A stretch of 64,000 nt of DNA from the human T2T-CHM13v2.0 reference genome, Homo sapiens: NCBI RefSeq assembly GCF_009914755.1, contig NC_060934.1; one strand, 5' to 3'. The position numbers were made by a program, and so were the translations under genes. Below are positions 26,090-40,499 of the stretch, one piece after another; position 1 is the first letter of the stretch; each line of letters begins with the position of its first letter. The notes beneath the pieces were generated by a model. It had not been told where the DNA came from. It searched no databases and saw nothing but the letters and a program-made list of their open reading frames with translations.

Positions 26090-28272
26090 AATTTCAGTGT
26101 TATGTAGTTTTCATTGTAGAGATCTTTAACCTGTTCAGAGAAATTGATTCCTTGGTATTTTTTTTTTTTGGAGTTATTGTAAATGGGATTACTTTCTTAA
26201 TTTCTTTTTCAGCTAGTTCATTATTGGTATTAGAAGCATTACCAATTTTTGTAAGTTGATTTTGTATCTTGCAACTTTACTGAATTTGTTAGTTTTAAAA
26301 GGTTTTTTGGTGGAGTCTTTAGAATTTTTTTAATATGTAAGATTATGTCATCTGCAAAGAGAGACAATTTGACTTCTTCTTTTCCAATTTGAATGCTCTT
26401 CATTTTTTTTTTCTTTTGCATGATTGATCTGGCTAGAACTTCCAGTACTGTGTTGGATAAGAGCAGTGAAAGTTCTTGTTCCAGATCTTAGATGTCTTGT
26501 TCCAGATCTTAGATGAAAGCTTTCAATGTTTCCCCATACAGTATAATGTTAGCTGTGGGTTTGTCATATATGGTCTTTATTGTGTGAGGTATATTCCTTC
26601 TATACCAATTTGTTGAGAGTTTTTATCATGAAGGGATGTTGAATTTTATCACAGGCTTTTTCGGCATCTATTGAGATGATCATATGTTTTTTGTTCTTCA
26701 TTTTTAGATGTGATGTATCACGTTTATTCATTTGCAGATGTTGGACCATCCTTGCATTCCTGAGTTAAATCTCACCCGATTATGGTGTATTAGCTTTTTG
26801 ATATACTGCTGGATTTGGTTTGCTAGTATTTTGTTGACGATTTTTTGCAGCTACGTTCATCAGGCATAATGGTCTGTTTTGTGTATTTGTTGTTGTATCC
26901 TTTTCTGATTTTGGCATAAAGGTAATGCTGCCTTGTAAAATTAATTAGAAAGAATTCCCTCCTCTTAAATTTTTTGGAATAGTTTGCAAAGAATTGATGT
27001 TAGTTCTTCTTTAAAAGTTTGCTAGAATTCAAAAGTGAGGCCATTCTGTTGTGGACTTCTCTTTGTTGGGATACTTCTTATTAATGATTCAATCTTGTTA
27101 CTTGTTATTGGACTGTTCAGGTATTCTATTTCTTCCTAGTTCAATTTTGTTAGCTTATATGTGACCAGATGTTTATTCATTTTCTCCAGGTTTTCAAATT
27201 TGTTGGCATATAGTTATTCAAGTAGCCTTTAATTATCCTTTGTATTTCTGTGGTATCAGTTGTAATGTCTCCTTTTTCATTTCTGATTTTATTTATTTGG
27301 ATCTTCTCTCATAATTTTCTAGTCTAGCTAGTGGTTTGTGGATTTTGTTTATTTTTTCAAAAAAAATGAATTTTTTGTTCATCTTTTGTATTTTGGGGGC
27401 TGTATTTCATTTAGTTCTGGTCTGATTTTATAGTTTCCTTCTTTTTCCCAATTTGGGGTTTGGTTTGTTCTTGCTTTTCGAGATCCTTAGGTGCACTGTT
27501 AGGTTGTTTATTTGAAATCTCTACTTTTTTGATGTAGGCATTTACTGCTATAAAATTCCCTCTTAGTACTGATTTTGCTATAACCTCAGGTTTTGGTGTG
27601 TTATGTTTCTATTCTCATTGTTTCAAGAATTTTAAAATTTCCTTCTTCATTTCTTCATTGACTCATTGGTTATTCAGGAAGATATTTGTTAATTTCCATG
27701 TATTTGTACTTTTTCCAAAGTTCCTCTTGTTACTGATTTCTAGTTTTAGTCCATTGTGGTCTGAGAAGATACTTGATATAATTTTAATTTTAAAAAGCTT
27801 ATTGAGACTTGTTTTGTGGCCCATCATATGATCTATCCTGGAGAACATTCCATATGCTGCTGAAAAGAATGTGTATTCTGTAGCTGTTAGATAAAATGTT
27901 CTGTAAAGGTCTGTTTGGTCCATTTGGTCTACAATTAAGTTTATGTTTAATTTTTTTTAAATTTTCTGTCCAGATGTGTTCAATGCTGAAAGTGGGGTGT
28001 TGAAGTCCCTCCCTGCTATTGTATTGGAGTCTATTTCTACCTTTAGATCTAATAATTTTTTCTTCATATATGAGTGTGCTCTGGTGTTGTGTGCACACAT
28101 ATTTAGAATTGCTATATATTTTTGCTGGATTGATCCCTTTATCATTGACCTTCTTTGTCTCTTTTTATGTTTTTGATATAATAGCAATTACTGCTTGCTT
28201 TTGGTTTCTGTTTGTGTGGAATATCGTATTCCATCCCTTCACTTTCAGGCTCTGTCTTTACAGGTGAAGTGA

Positions 28273-28636
<364 letters not shown>

Positions 28637-31087
28637 AGCCTATCTTATAGTTAGCGAATTTAATTCATTTACATTCAAGGTTCTTATTGATAGGTAAGAA
28701 TGTACATCATTTTGTTAATTATTTTTTGGCTGTTTTGCATATCTTTTGTTCCTTTATTACTCTCCTATTGTTTATCTTTGTGGTTTGGTGATTTACTGTG
28801 GTAATAATATTTGACTCTTTCCTTTTTCTAATTTCTGTATCTGCTCTACCAGTGAATTTTGTACTTTTGTGTGTTTTTTTTCTGTTTCTGTAATGGTAGA
28901 TATTGTTCTTTTGCTTCCAGAAGTATAATTTTTGTAGGGACAGTCTTTTAATTTATGAATTCCCTCAGAGTTTGCTTGTCTGAGAAAGACTTTATTTCTC
29001 CTTCATTTCTGAGAGATAGCTTTGCTAGGAATAGTAGTCTTGTTTTACAGTGTTCTTTCAGCACTTGGAATATATCATTTCATTCTTTCCTGGCCTCTAA
29101 GAAATCTGCTGTTAGTCTGATGGTAATTCCCTTATGTGTGACTTGATGCTTTTCTGTTTTTGTTTTCAGAATTCTCTCTTCATCTTCATCTTTTGACACC
29201 TTAGCTATAATATGTCTCAGAGAGGTCCTTTGTGGGTTGAACCTATTTGGGGATATTTAAGCACCCTGTATCTGGATGTCTATATCTCTCACAAGACTTG
29301 GAAAGTTTTCAGCTATTATTTTATTAGTTATTTTTCTATGACTTTGCCTATCCTTTCTTCTGAAACTTCCATTATGCAAATATTTATTTGTGTAATGGTG
29401 TCCGTATGTCCCATATGGTTTCCTTATTCTTTCGTATTGTCTGCTTCTTTGTTTTTGTCTGACTGGGTTATTTTAAAAACCATCCTTCAAGTTCAGATAT
29501 TCTTTCTTCTGTTTGAGCTCTTCTACTGTTGAAATGCTTAATTGTATTTTTTATTTCATTAATTAAATTCTTAAGTTCCAAGATTTCTATCTGGTTCTTT
29601 CTAATAATATCTATCTCTGTTGAATTTCTTATTCAGACCATGAATTGTTTTCCTGATTGGGTTGAACTGTCTATTTGTTTTCCTATATCTCACTGAATTT
29701 CCTTAAGATCATTGTGTTTCATTCATTTTCAGGCATTTCATAGATTTCCTTATCTTTGAGGTCTGTTACTGGAAAATTATTTTTTTCCTTTGTAAGTGTT
29801 ATATTTCCTTGCTTCTTCATATTTCTTGTGTCCTTATGTTGATATTTGTGCATCTGGCAGAACAGTCACTTCTTCCAATTCTATAGAGTTGCTTTCGCAG
29901 GGAAAGACTTTTTCCTGTAGTGTTCTATAGTGTAGGTTGGGTAGGTTGCTCTGGCTTTGATGCTATGTGAGTGCAGTAGTCTCCATATGATTTATTTGAC
30001 TGCAACTGCCTCAGTGGCCTAGGCTTTGGTTGTTTGTGGTGGCTGTGGCATGGTTTTGTTGAGGATGTGAACATTGGGTAGGCTGGTCCTTGTGCCTTTA
30101 GGTAGCACATGTGGGCATGCAGCATCCCTGCTGGAGGTGGCAGGGTCATTGGTGGGGAGCAGCAGCAAGCCATGGGTGGGCCATTTCTCTGGTCCCCAGG
30201 CAGGTGGTTCTCAGGTTCTGGAAGGGCACACATTGGCTCCCTGGGTTCTGTGGGCAGCCTTTCTGCTGCGCGGGACTTCCTGTTCCCCAGGGTGTAGGGT
30301 GCTACATGAACTTGGGTGCTGGGTTCTCAGCTGTACCTCTGGGTCCAGCTGGTGTCACAATGCTGCAGACCTTTGGATGAATGTGGTAAGATGTCAGTGA
30401 GTCCCAGGGATGTGGAAATGTTAATGTTATTGGGCCCTCTGTCAGGTTGTACTCTGGTGGTTTCTTTGCTCTCAAAATGCTATTTTGCTGCAGCAGCCTG
30501 GTTCCTGGGGAGTGAGGGCGACCAAGTGTGAATCTTCTTTCTGGAATAATGCAGCCACATTGGCTCCAGGTAGCTCCCCAGTATACTGGACTCAGGGCCT
30601 GTGAAGTCTGTGAGGACTCTCCTGTAGTTATGATTGTAGGTATCTGTGGTGAGAATGTGGATTTCTGGAGATCTTCTGCTTATCTTTTCCCTGCAGTGGG
30701 GAATCCCTCTTGACTCTGAATTCATCCTGGCTGCCTGCTTTGCTTCCCTCTCTATGCTGCCATCATGAATTTCCATGCCTTAGAGGGTCTTTGTCACTTT
30801 CTTGCTGGATTCCAGTGTTTTTCCTTAGATATTCCATACAAGAGTTATCTATTTATTGTTTTGGGTCTTTTCTATGGAGGAGGCAAGTGCTGGGAGCTTC
30901 TAGTCAGCCATCTTGATGATCCAGACTACTGTTCTGTCTCACTTTGTCAATTTAGAACTTCCACTGGAGATCTTATCAGGGGAGAAACACATACTATCTG
31001 GGGCTCCCATTAGGATTGTTGAGGGAGCTCTGAGTTGAATCTTTGATTCCATTTTAGACAAAGCCACTACTCTTCAAGGTAGTGGCT

Positions 31088-31540
31088 ATTCACTCACTGA
31101 GCAAATATTTATAGAGATCAACTGTGAGTCAAGTGCTATTGTAGATGCTGAGGATATATTAACAATGTCAAACAGACACACTTCAGCCTGGGCAACAGAG
31201 TGAGATGTCATCTCTAAAAAAAGAAAAGAAAAGGACATACATCTCTGCTCTCCTGGAACTTATGTAACAGTAAACACAATAAATAAATTATGTGGAATGT
31301 TAAAAGTGCAGTAGAAGAAAAGAAATCAGGTAGGGGGAATGGGAGTACCAGATTGAGGGTGGTGGTGTAATTTTAAATTGGGTGACCAAGATGGGCTTCA
31401 CTGAGAAGTTATTACTGCAAAGTCCTGAAGGAAGTGAGATAATGGACCATATGGATATTTCAGTGAGGAAGCATGTGGTTCAGAGAAAAGCCAGCTCAAA
31501 AGTCTTGAAGCAGGAGGGTAGCAGGCTAGTTAGTAGAATG
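31088..31540 (-). mobile_element. L2 3' region containing a short Alu 3' fragment (+, ~31179-31232)
   Basis: ttcactcactgagcaaatatttatagag...gtgctattgtagatgctgaggata; cacttcagcctgggcaacagagtgaga plus A tail. Confidence 0.7.
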
Positions 31541-31659
31541 TTAGCTTCTTGCACTCTTGGTAAATGGTCATGATTCTTTTAAAGAATCTCTCTCTCTCTC
31601 TCATCATGGATAATACTGTAAATAGTATTACTGTCTCCTTTACATGGTTCTCTTGCAAC

Positions 31660-31910
31660 TACTATTACTAGCATATATCAGGCAGTGCTCCAAGTACTCT
31701 ATATGTTTAATTCATTCAAACCTCAGAATAGTCTTTGAATTTAGGTAATATTATCTTTGTTTTACAAACTGGGAAATATAGAGATTAAATAATTGGTTTA
31801 CAGTCACATAGAGATTAAAGGTCAGAGACAGGATTTGAACCCAATGATTTTGGTACCCCAGGACTTTGGCAGGAGAGCCCATATTTTTTAACCACAATGC
31901 TCTAAGGTGC
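31660..31910 (-). mobile_element. MIR SINE
   Basis: gttttacaaactgggaaata...gtcacatagagattaaaggtcagagacaggatttgaaccc. Confidence 0.75.
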
Positions 31911-33149
31911 CCCACCAGTCTGCTACTGATAGGACATGGTCTTCAGTCTATTCTTAGGTAGAAATCAAAGTATTTGCTATGTCTTTTAATTATTAAATCC
32001 ACATTTGGAGACGGACTCTAAGTATAATCCCCAGGGTGGAGGTGAATCTTCCATAAACAGAAATGGTTGCTTAAGAAAAAACCCTATGTTTTCTTTAGAA
32101 CAGAACATCCAAGTTACATGGGAATGCACCACATGATTGTTGTGAATTGAAGTCAATTTGGCACCAACAGAAATAACCTTAGGAACAAAGTTGTATACAG
32201 TATGTTCTTACGGAAACCACACTTAGAATGCAGAGTAAACTGTTAAGGATAGATCTTTCTTTCTGGAGTTGCACTAGCTGTCTTTGGGTGGGGACAGCAA
32301 ATTGTTTCGTTTATAAGATTTGTACATCAAAGCTAGATCTGCTTATACTTTAAAACCAAAAGGAGGAGAAAGACTTATTTTTAGCTATCTGAAATTTAAA
32401 CCAAACCCAACACTGACATATGGATGTTTCAGACTGCACCATGTCAGAAAATTTCTCAGAGATGACATTAAACAACAATATATTATTGCAGCTGTAGAGA
32501 GTCAGTGAGATCCTTCTCTTATAATTTTGTTTAATAGCTATTGGGACACTGGGATAAAGATTCGATTTTTCAGAACTAGAGCTGGGTGGCTGAGAACTAG
32601 AATTGGGTTCAGTCCCATGAGAGTGAGAATTTCACTATATCTTACAGAAACAGTTTTTGGTGCTTTAGGTTGGTCAATTGGCTGGCCAAAGGATTAGCTA
32701 CTGCACTCTACTTATAAAAGAAAACTTTAATTTAAAAAATGTACGTGTGCGTGTGTTGTAGATAATATACTTATTCATTTTAGATAAGTTCAAAAATATA
32801 TGTTAATCTAAAAGTATTCACCTGTAATCCCCAACCTCAGAAATAACCAATGAATATTTTGGGGTATACCTTTTTACCTAGATAGATATACAAGTATTGA
32901 ACAGATGTAGAGCTAGGTAGAGATATACAGACCTGTCATACATATATCAAACAGATTTTTTTCACTCTACAAAAAAATGGGATGAAACCATCCATACTAT
33001 TGAGTAACCTGTTTTTTAATTTTAATGTTTTTCAATGTGGTATTTTACTTAGCATTTTCTTATGCCAGTAATTTTTTAACACAATCACTTTTACTTATAT
33101 TCCATTTAAGTTCATGCATATTCCATGCTTTATTTTACTGCTACCCTAT

Positions 33150-33681
33150 TGTGATAGGTCCCCAAAGATCAACATGCCCTAATCCCTGGAATCTGTGAAT
33201 ATGTTAAATTACATGACAACTTCTTTTGTGCAGATAGAATTAAGGTTACTCATCTTTAGGCAGGGAGAATTTCTTGGGTTATCAGATGGGCCCAGTGTAA
33301 TCACATGGCATTTCATAATGAAAGATGGAGGCAGAAGCACAGATCAGGGAGCTGTGATGTGAGAAGGACTGGCCCCATCATAAGCCAGGAAATTTGGAGG
33401 TCTCTAGAAGCTAGGAGCAGTTATCATCTGAGAATCAGTAAGAAAACAAAGATGTCAGTCCTACTACCAAGAGGAAACAGGGGCCTATTCTTCCCTACAA
33501 CCTCCGCTATGGAATGCAGCTCCCCTGACACCTTGATTTTAGCTTGGTGAAGACTTGAAGCAGAGAACCCAGAAAAGCCCAATGGACTTCTGACTTACAG
33601 AACTTTAATATAATACATTTGTGCTGTTTTCGGCAACTAAGCCTGTGGTAATGTGTTATATGGCAATAGAAAACTGACACA
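33150..33681 (+). mobile_element. MLT1D/E-like LTR inside an old L1ME fragment (~32720-33870)
   Basis: ccccaaagat...ctaatccctggaatctgtgaatatg...gcaatagaaaactgacaca; TSD cctat / ccttt. Confidence 0.85.
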
Positions 33682-34815
33682 CCTTTTGTTGTATACCTGG
33701 GTCATTTTCAATTTCTCACTAATGAAATAAGACTGCCATGAACATCGTTGTAGCTAAACCTTGATGCACATCTTTGACTATTTATATAGGATCAGTTTAT
33801 TTAAGGGTAAGTATGCATCAGTGGTCTATGAAATTTTCAGACTTTTCATGTGCAGTGCATTGCCGAATTTAAGGAACATCATTTCCTGATTGGGAGTTAG
33901 GCAAATGGATAAAGAAAGGCCATCATTCTTTTCTTTCAGCTATTGGTTCTAGCTATTTGGTTTCTATAGTGTTTACAGTATAACTCTTCTTTTCAGCTGG
34001 CCACAGAAGCCTTTGTGTTTTCTGTGTAGATGGAAATAATTGCTACATTTGTGGAATAATGGCCAACTCAAGAGCTGCTTGAAGAGATCTTTATGGTGAA
34101 GCTGCTCCCTAAAGTTTGAAATATTAGTCAAAGTGCATCAGACCAAGCTTTAGAACTGAAATGGAATTTGCTTTGCTCTTCAAACACCACTTATGCTGGC
34201 ATTAGGGAAGGGTGTGGGGTAGGTCAAATATCCATTACTGGGCAAACAACTTGAAGTATGTTTATTTTATGGGGCTCTCTCCATATACATTAGAGTTGGT
34301 GAGAGGCTAACTGCCTCTTTTATGAGCCTCAAGGGTAGCTTTGCTCAAATACATCAACCACATCAGAACTCAAAAGTGTTGATTGGGAGGCAGCTAATGT
34401 AGATGAAGGATTTAGAAAAAAATATCACCCCAGGTGACCGGATGTACCTAACCATGTTCCCAGCTCAAAGCCAGCTCTCATCTTTCATGTTTAGAATGGC
34501 ATAAAGTTTAAAACAATATTAGGTTTCAGATAACATATTTAACATTTTGGCTGTTTATTCTTTCTGAAGCCACACACTGATCATACTTTTTGCTTCAAAA
34601 TGCGTGGGGGTCAGACTTTAGGATAACTCAGCTATATTCATATCTGAAATAATGAATAATGAGTAATACAGAAAGTAGCCACATTAATATATCATTCACT
34701 TTACAAAAATACCCATTCCAGCATTCTTTTAAAATATTCAAAGTCTCCAGGAAATTTAACGTTACACTTAATTTACAAAAATCAGAATTATACATAAGTA
34801 GTATACAGTGAAACT

Positions 34816-34870
34816 TTCTCTCTCTCTCTCCATGTATTTGTGTATGTGTGTGTGTGTGTGTGAGAGAGTG
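34816..34870. repeat. (CT)n and (TG)n microsatellites
   Basis: Direct reading. Confidence 0.9.
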
Positions 34871-35029
34871 ATTTTAAGTTCTTGTGATGTAGAACAGCTA
34901 TTGCTTTTGGCAAACCAGAAACTTGTTCTTGACAAGTAATTTCATCAACAGTGAAGCTTTTTTTTGTTTGTTTTAAATTGGGACTCTAGTCAGTGACCTT
35001 AGAAACAATACCATTAGCAAGTTCAGTTG

Positions 35030-35265
35030 TGGAAAGGCAACCTAGTATAGTAAAAAGAACACAGATTGGGAGTTAGACAGACTGGCTTTGACTCCTACAT
35101 GCCCGGCACTTACCAGTTGTGTTTTTTTGGGGAAATTTTCTGTAAACTCATTAAACTTCAGCTTACTCATCTGTAAAATGGGAACAATAATATTCATCTT
35201 GCAAAGTATGCATGCTGTCTAGCATATTAGCATGCTTCTTGACACAGATTTGGGGTTCAGTGAAG
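35030..35265 (+). mobile_element. MIR SINE
   Basis: ggagttagacagactggctttgactcc...cagcttactcatctgtaaaatgggaacaataata. Confidence 0.8.
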
Positions 35266-35899
35266 AAGGTACTTTCAGTTGTCTTGTCATTCCAGAGTAA
35301 CATTATTCAGATGCAGGGGACCAAATCCATATTTTCCTTTGGATGCAAGCTATGATGGCTTGAATGCCTTGGATGTGGAAGAGAGAAAGACATATAAACA
35401 AATGAATTAATGAATAAAGCAAATAAGAGGCTGTTCTTCACTTTACATTCATGTCAGCTAATATGTGAAATTGCTCTAATAGAATTAATTTATTGGGTAG
35501 ATGAAGCCTTCTTTTTCACTTTCACACAACTTCATAGACATTGAGAAAACTAATGTGTATATTAACAGTTTCCATTAAATATATAACTTTTCTATAAAAA
35601 TGTAACTTCAATGCATTTAGCAAACTTCTCTGTGAAAGAACATTTTTAGTTGACATATTTGAAATTAAAGTGTCGTTTGAACTGAAATGGCACTTCCCTG
35701 TTCAAAAATCTTCAATGATTTCTCATGTTTTACAGAAAAAAATCCATACTACTTTGTTGCTGATCTTATATCAGTACTTCCTCCTATCATATTTTTCATT
35801 ACTCCATTAAAGTAGTTTTTATTCATCTCAGATTGATCTGTATAATATCAAAATGCATTAGTGCTATAGGGAACATCTTGTGTTTTGCCTTTTCAGTAA

Positions 35900-36315
35900 T
35901 ATCTAATGATAACTAGTTGTTTATCCCCATTCCCTGATCCATGTAATGCCAGCTTGACCAATCAGGATGTTTCATCTTCCTTACTGTAGTGATTGGTTCA
36001 GGAACGAGTAGATAATTCAAGATGGTTGGAATCAATGGCGATACTGAGACTTTTGCGGATCAACTAGAGAGAAGTCATAGTTTTCACTGCTCTATGGGAC
36101 AGCTGAGAATGGTGCACCATTTTGCTGCAACTGTTTGAGTGCCTTCCAGAATGTAAAGTTAACACAGAGGAAAAAAGAGCTGAGAGAAGATTAGAGGTAG
36201 TGTTCTGGTAGTGGTGTTTCAGTCCTTAAAGATGAACTCCTGGACTTTGTAGTGACATGAGCCAATAAATTCTCTATCTGGATTCAATTTGAAATAGGTG
36301 TTCTTCATCAGCACA
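35900..36315 (+). mobile_element. MLT1K/L-like LTR
   Basis: gaccaatcagg...cagtgattggttcagg-type motif (tagtgattggttcagg); ggactttgtagtgacatgagccaataaattc. Confidence 0.65.
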
Positions 36316-37399
36316 GACACTTTCTGTGTGAGCCTATATTTCTCATTTCCTAAATATTCTGCCTTTTCTTCTCTACTCACTCAAGAGCTACCTGTCCTTG
36401 AAGGCCTCATTCAAGTTCCAGCTTATTGATGATACCTTATTCAACTACCCAGGCCTTGATCACTCACTCCCTGTAATACCCATAGACAATTAGTTCATTT
36501 GCGTTAAACAGTCATGTAGCTTTTTGAGTAGCTTTCTGATCTTTCCAGTATCTTTCAAGTTCTTCAATGGGTGTTTATTTGGGGGAGACATTGAAATTGA
36601 ATAATCAGTATAGGTTTCTTTTTAAACTTGGTTTCAGTAATCATGCTGGGAGACAGAGATAGGTCCTTTTCTGTTCTTTTTTCTCCCCCCAGCCAAATGA
36701 CTGAGAAAAAGAACTGAATTTAGCCCTCAAGTTTGCCTACACATTCATAACAACTATTAGGTCTGGGACCTTAGTCCACTGAGTTAAGATGACCCATCTT
36801 TTGCATAAATAAATAGGTCACCTGAGCAACAGTCCAAGAAGATTGCTCAGACATTGCATATAGTTGACAGTAAACTAAAATTATTGTTTATGAATGTCAT
36901 ACCAAGCTGATCTGGTGATATTCAAGTTTATTGCTAAAGCTCAACACTATGGAATGCTTTGCTGCAACCATAAATCTTCCTATGAAGTACCTTTTTGTGT
37001 CCTGAGGTACTCCAGATCTTAAGTGGTCAGGTAGCTTGTTGGCCACCAAGGTATCAATGCTCAGAGGCCGTGGAGAACAAAAGCATCAGAATGTTTTCAG
37101 CAACACCATTTTCTTTGTGCATTGGTCCCTTGCCTTTGTTCAGTCTTAAGGCAATTGAGATAAAGGAAGAACTGGATTTTTAAAATATCCTGTTGCCCTG
37201 CCTTTCCTAAAGCATCCACTGATCATAAATATAGTCACTGAGGCCGAGGTTACATAGTAGACAAGAAAGGCAGATTGTTAATAATCTACTAGATTCAGAC
37301 TAGGTGTGCCATGAAACACAAATATGGGGACGAGAGTGGATCTGGAAGTACTGGATTTTCCTTTTACCATCTATACAACACAGATTCATTAATTCATCC

Positions 37400-37880
37400 T
37401 TTGTCTTATTTTCACATTTCAGTCCTTACCACCTCTACCTCATTGGCCATTAAGATCTGCTCATTTTACCTTTGAAATGCCTTTCAGTCTATCCTTTTCT
37501 CTTCATTCTCACTGCTACTGGACTAGCTTTGGTCTCATTAAAAATGTCCCTTTAATGGTCTTTTTTCCATTTATATTGTTTTTTTAAATTCAATCTTTAT
37601 ACTAACAAGTTCATTTTGTTAAAACACAATGGAGATAACATACTATCTCTGCCTCAAAACTCTTCAAGGAGCTTCGTCTTCTACTTAGTACATTCCAATC
37701 TCCTCATCATAGTCTCTGGTGTCTTCCATGATGTGGTTCCAATTCATCTTTCATGTCTATTTTGGTCCATTTTATCACATAAGGACCCAGTATAGATTGG
37801 GCATTATTTTCTTTATTAAACAGACACATTCTTTGACTAAGCTCTGTCAATTAACCAAATCCTAGATACTTCAAGACCTG
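37400..37880 (+). mobile_element. L2 fragment
   Basis: ctcttcattctcactgctactg...ctctgcctcaaaactcttcaagg pyrimidine-rich L2-like sequence. Confidence 0.55.
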
Positions 37881-39308
37881 TTCTATGAGGAGGAGTCAGA
37901 GAAAAAAAAATGACAGGCTTAAGCTAACAAGGAAAAATAAAATACAGTATTAAATCTACTTCAATGGGCTATAAAAACCAGTAAAATTTTAATTAATGTC
38001 CTTTAAAATAAAACTGCATCAAATGCATTAAAAAACATTGGCCAAAGCACCTCCTAGTCTTGATTTTACTAAGCAATTTTAATGGAGAAGCCTTTTCTCA
38101 CCAAGGGTCTGTTAATATTTCCAGGAAGCAGGTCCCCAAACTCTTCTTTCCTGGAAAATATTGCTTAACTGTACATTTCTAATGAAGCAAGTTCGGAGAT
38201 TATGAGTGGAGACCAGAGGAGATAAGGAAAGTAAATAAATAAAATTAAATCTGCTGTTAAAATAAGAATATTTTCTAGCTTAATCAGCAAACACAAGGCA
38301 GAGAGTTTAAGCAGTCTTGAAACAAACCCAATGCTTTTTAATAAATGAGCAGAATAGGAAGTTAAATAAGGGATTCTGGCGCTGGGGTTCAGGGTCATGG
38401 AAGAAGCTACGTTAGAAGACCACTCTGGTTTCATGTATCTTAGCAGAATCATCAGAGTAAAATCTGAATACCCCGATTATTTTTAAGCCCTCAGGATGGA
38501 GTTAACATCTCCCATAAATGACATATATCATATAGACGAACAGCCAAGTACTCATGCCTCACCATTCAATTCATGTAACACTTTCCCTCTCCTCAAAGAA
38601 TGTGTGTTTTACACATGTCATCTCTGTTCATCTCTCGCCTCTCTGTGGAAACCCAGCAGAAGAATGTTGAGTGACTCAATCAAGGTTATGGCATGAAAGT
38701 GCTTGGGAGCTGGAAGGGAACCCAAGACACCCATTCAGTGCCATACACATGAGTTCACACTGCTGGGTAAAGCACATTGCAATTGAATGCATATTTAAGT
38801 GATATATCAGTGCTAAATGGTAACACATGTAATGCTTCCCACTTAGGATATATTCTTGGCTAACTCTGTTGGAAAATATTATATGGAGATTTCTTTACGG
38901 TAAAAAAAAAAATTTTGAGCAAAATTTAAACAAAAAAGGACAAGATCAGAAGCCCGAAATATTCCCACACCCACTTTTTGGGGAATGGTAGGGGCTCCAG
39001 CAACCTTAATTTATGGAGGCTATTAAGAGCTAAGGCAGAATTTGTACAGTTCAGGTATACTTTCTAGAGAGAATCATCAAATTAACGTAAGCAAAACCAT
39101 GACCTGAAATAGAAAGTAATAGTACAAAGCAAACTCTTCATGGAAAAGAACAAAACCCTGTTACAACACTGAGCACTCAAATCTCACAACTGCCTAATCC
39201 GGGTGTTTCTGGGACTAGGAAATGTGTAGGCACCGCAGGAGTTGACAGAAAGCCCAATCTTTTGTAGGTTGAGAAACGCTGGCATCTGCTAAGAAGGCTG
39301 CTCAAAAA

Positions 39309-39363
39309 ATATATATATATAATATATATAATATATATATAATATATATAATATATATATATA
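39309..39363. repeat. Interrupted (TA)n tract with ~20-bp periodicity
   Basis: atatatatataatatatata repeated. Confidence 0.9.
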
Positions 39364-39559
39364 GGACTTGTGCATCCCATGAAGGTAAAGAAGCTCCTGA
39401 GTATTTTGTTGTATAAACAAACAAATCAGTTTCTACATTTGTGTTGGCATTGATCGGAGTGTGACAAATTAAAAGGGGGCTGGAGAAATCTTCCTTAGAA
39501 CAATCGAGAATTAACCTCCAACTTCTCCTAGCCTATATTTAGATGGAGACAGATTAGGG

Positions 39560-39886
39560 TCATATGGTGGGACAGACATTTGCCCCTCATAGAATATCCA
39601 TATGCTCCCCACATCTCTCAGCCCCTTGGCAGGAAGGTAGCCAATGAGCTGCAGCATTTGAAAACTGATGTGCTACCTTTAGCTTTCTCTTCTGTTGTCA
39701 TGGTGGCCTTGAAAGTACGTGCACCAAGATTCACAGCAATAAGATTTAAGCAGATTGAGTCCCTCAGCTGTCCTGGAGGACAAGTGGTCTGGTGGGATTG
39801 AGAAATAAGCCTTTCTGGGTTAAACCACTGAGATTTAGGGAAGTATTAGCTACCACAGCACAACCTAGCTTATTCAGACTAATACA
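39560..39886 (+). mobile_element. MLT1I/J-like LTR
   Basis: gagaaataagcctttctgggttaaaccactgagattt...gcacaacctagcttattcagactaataca. Confidence 0.75.
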
Positions 39887-40202
39887 CATAGGACTGAGAT
39901 AACTTTTCTTGTCTTGAGGGAACTTGAATAATTATGAATAATCTCTCTTTTTCCCGATTTACCTTATTTCTTACTTTCTGACTCTTTGACACATGGTTAT
40001 GACTGTAAAATTCCAGTCAATGCTTTCACATGGGCAATAGTAGACGTTTAGTATTAATAATAAATATTTAGTATTCATGGACATTTAGCATTAAATCTGC
40101 ATAAAACAAACATGCATTCCTGCAATATTGGTCCTGAAATGTTGGTGTGCATTTATTTGACACATGCCATGTCCTTTACTTGAAAATAAAAGTCCTCAGT
40201 TT

Positions 40203-40499
<297 letters not shown>

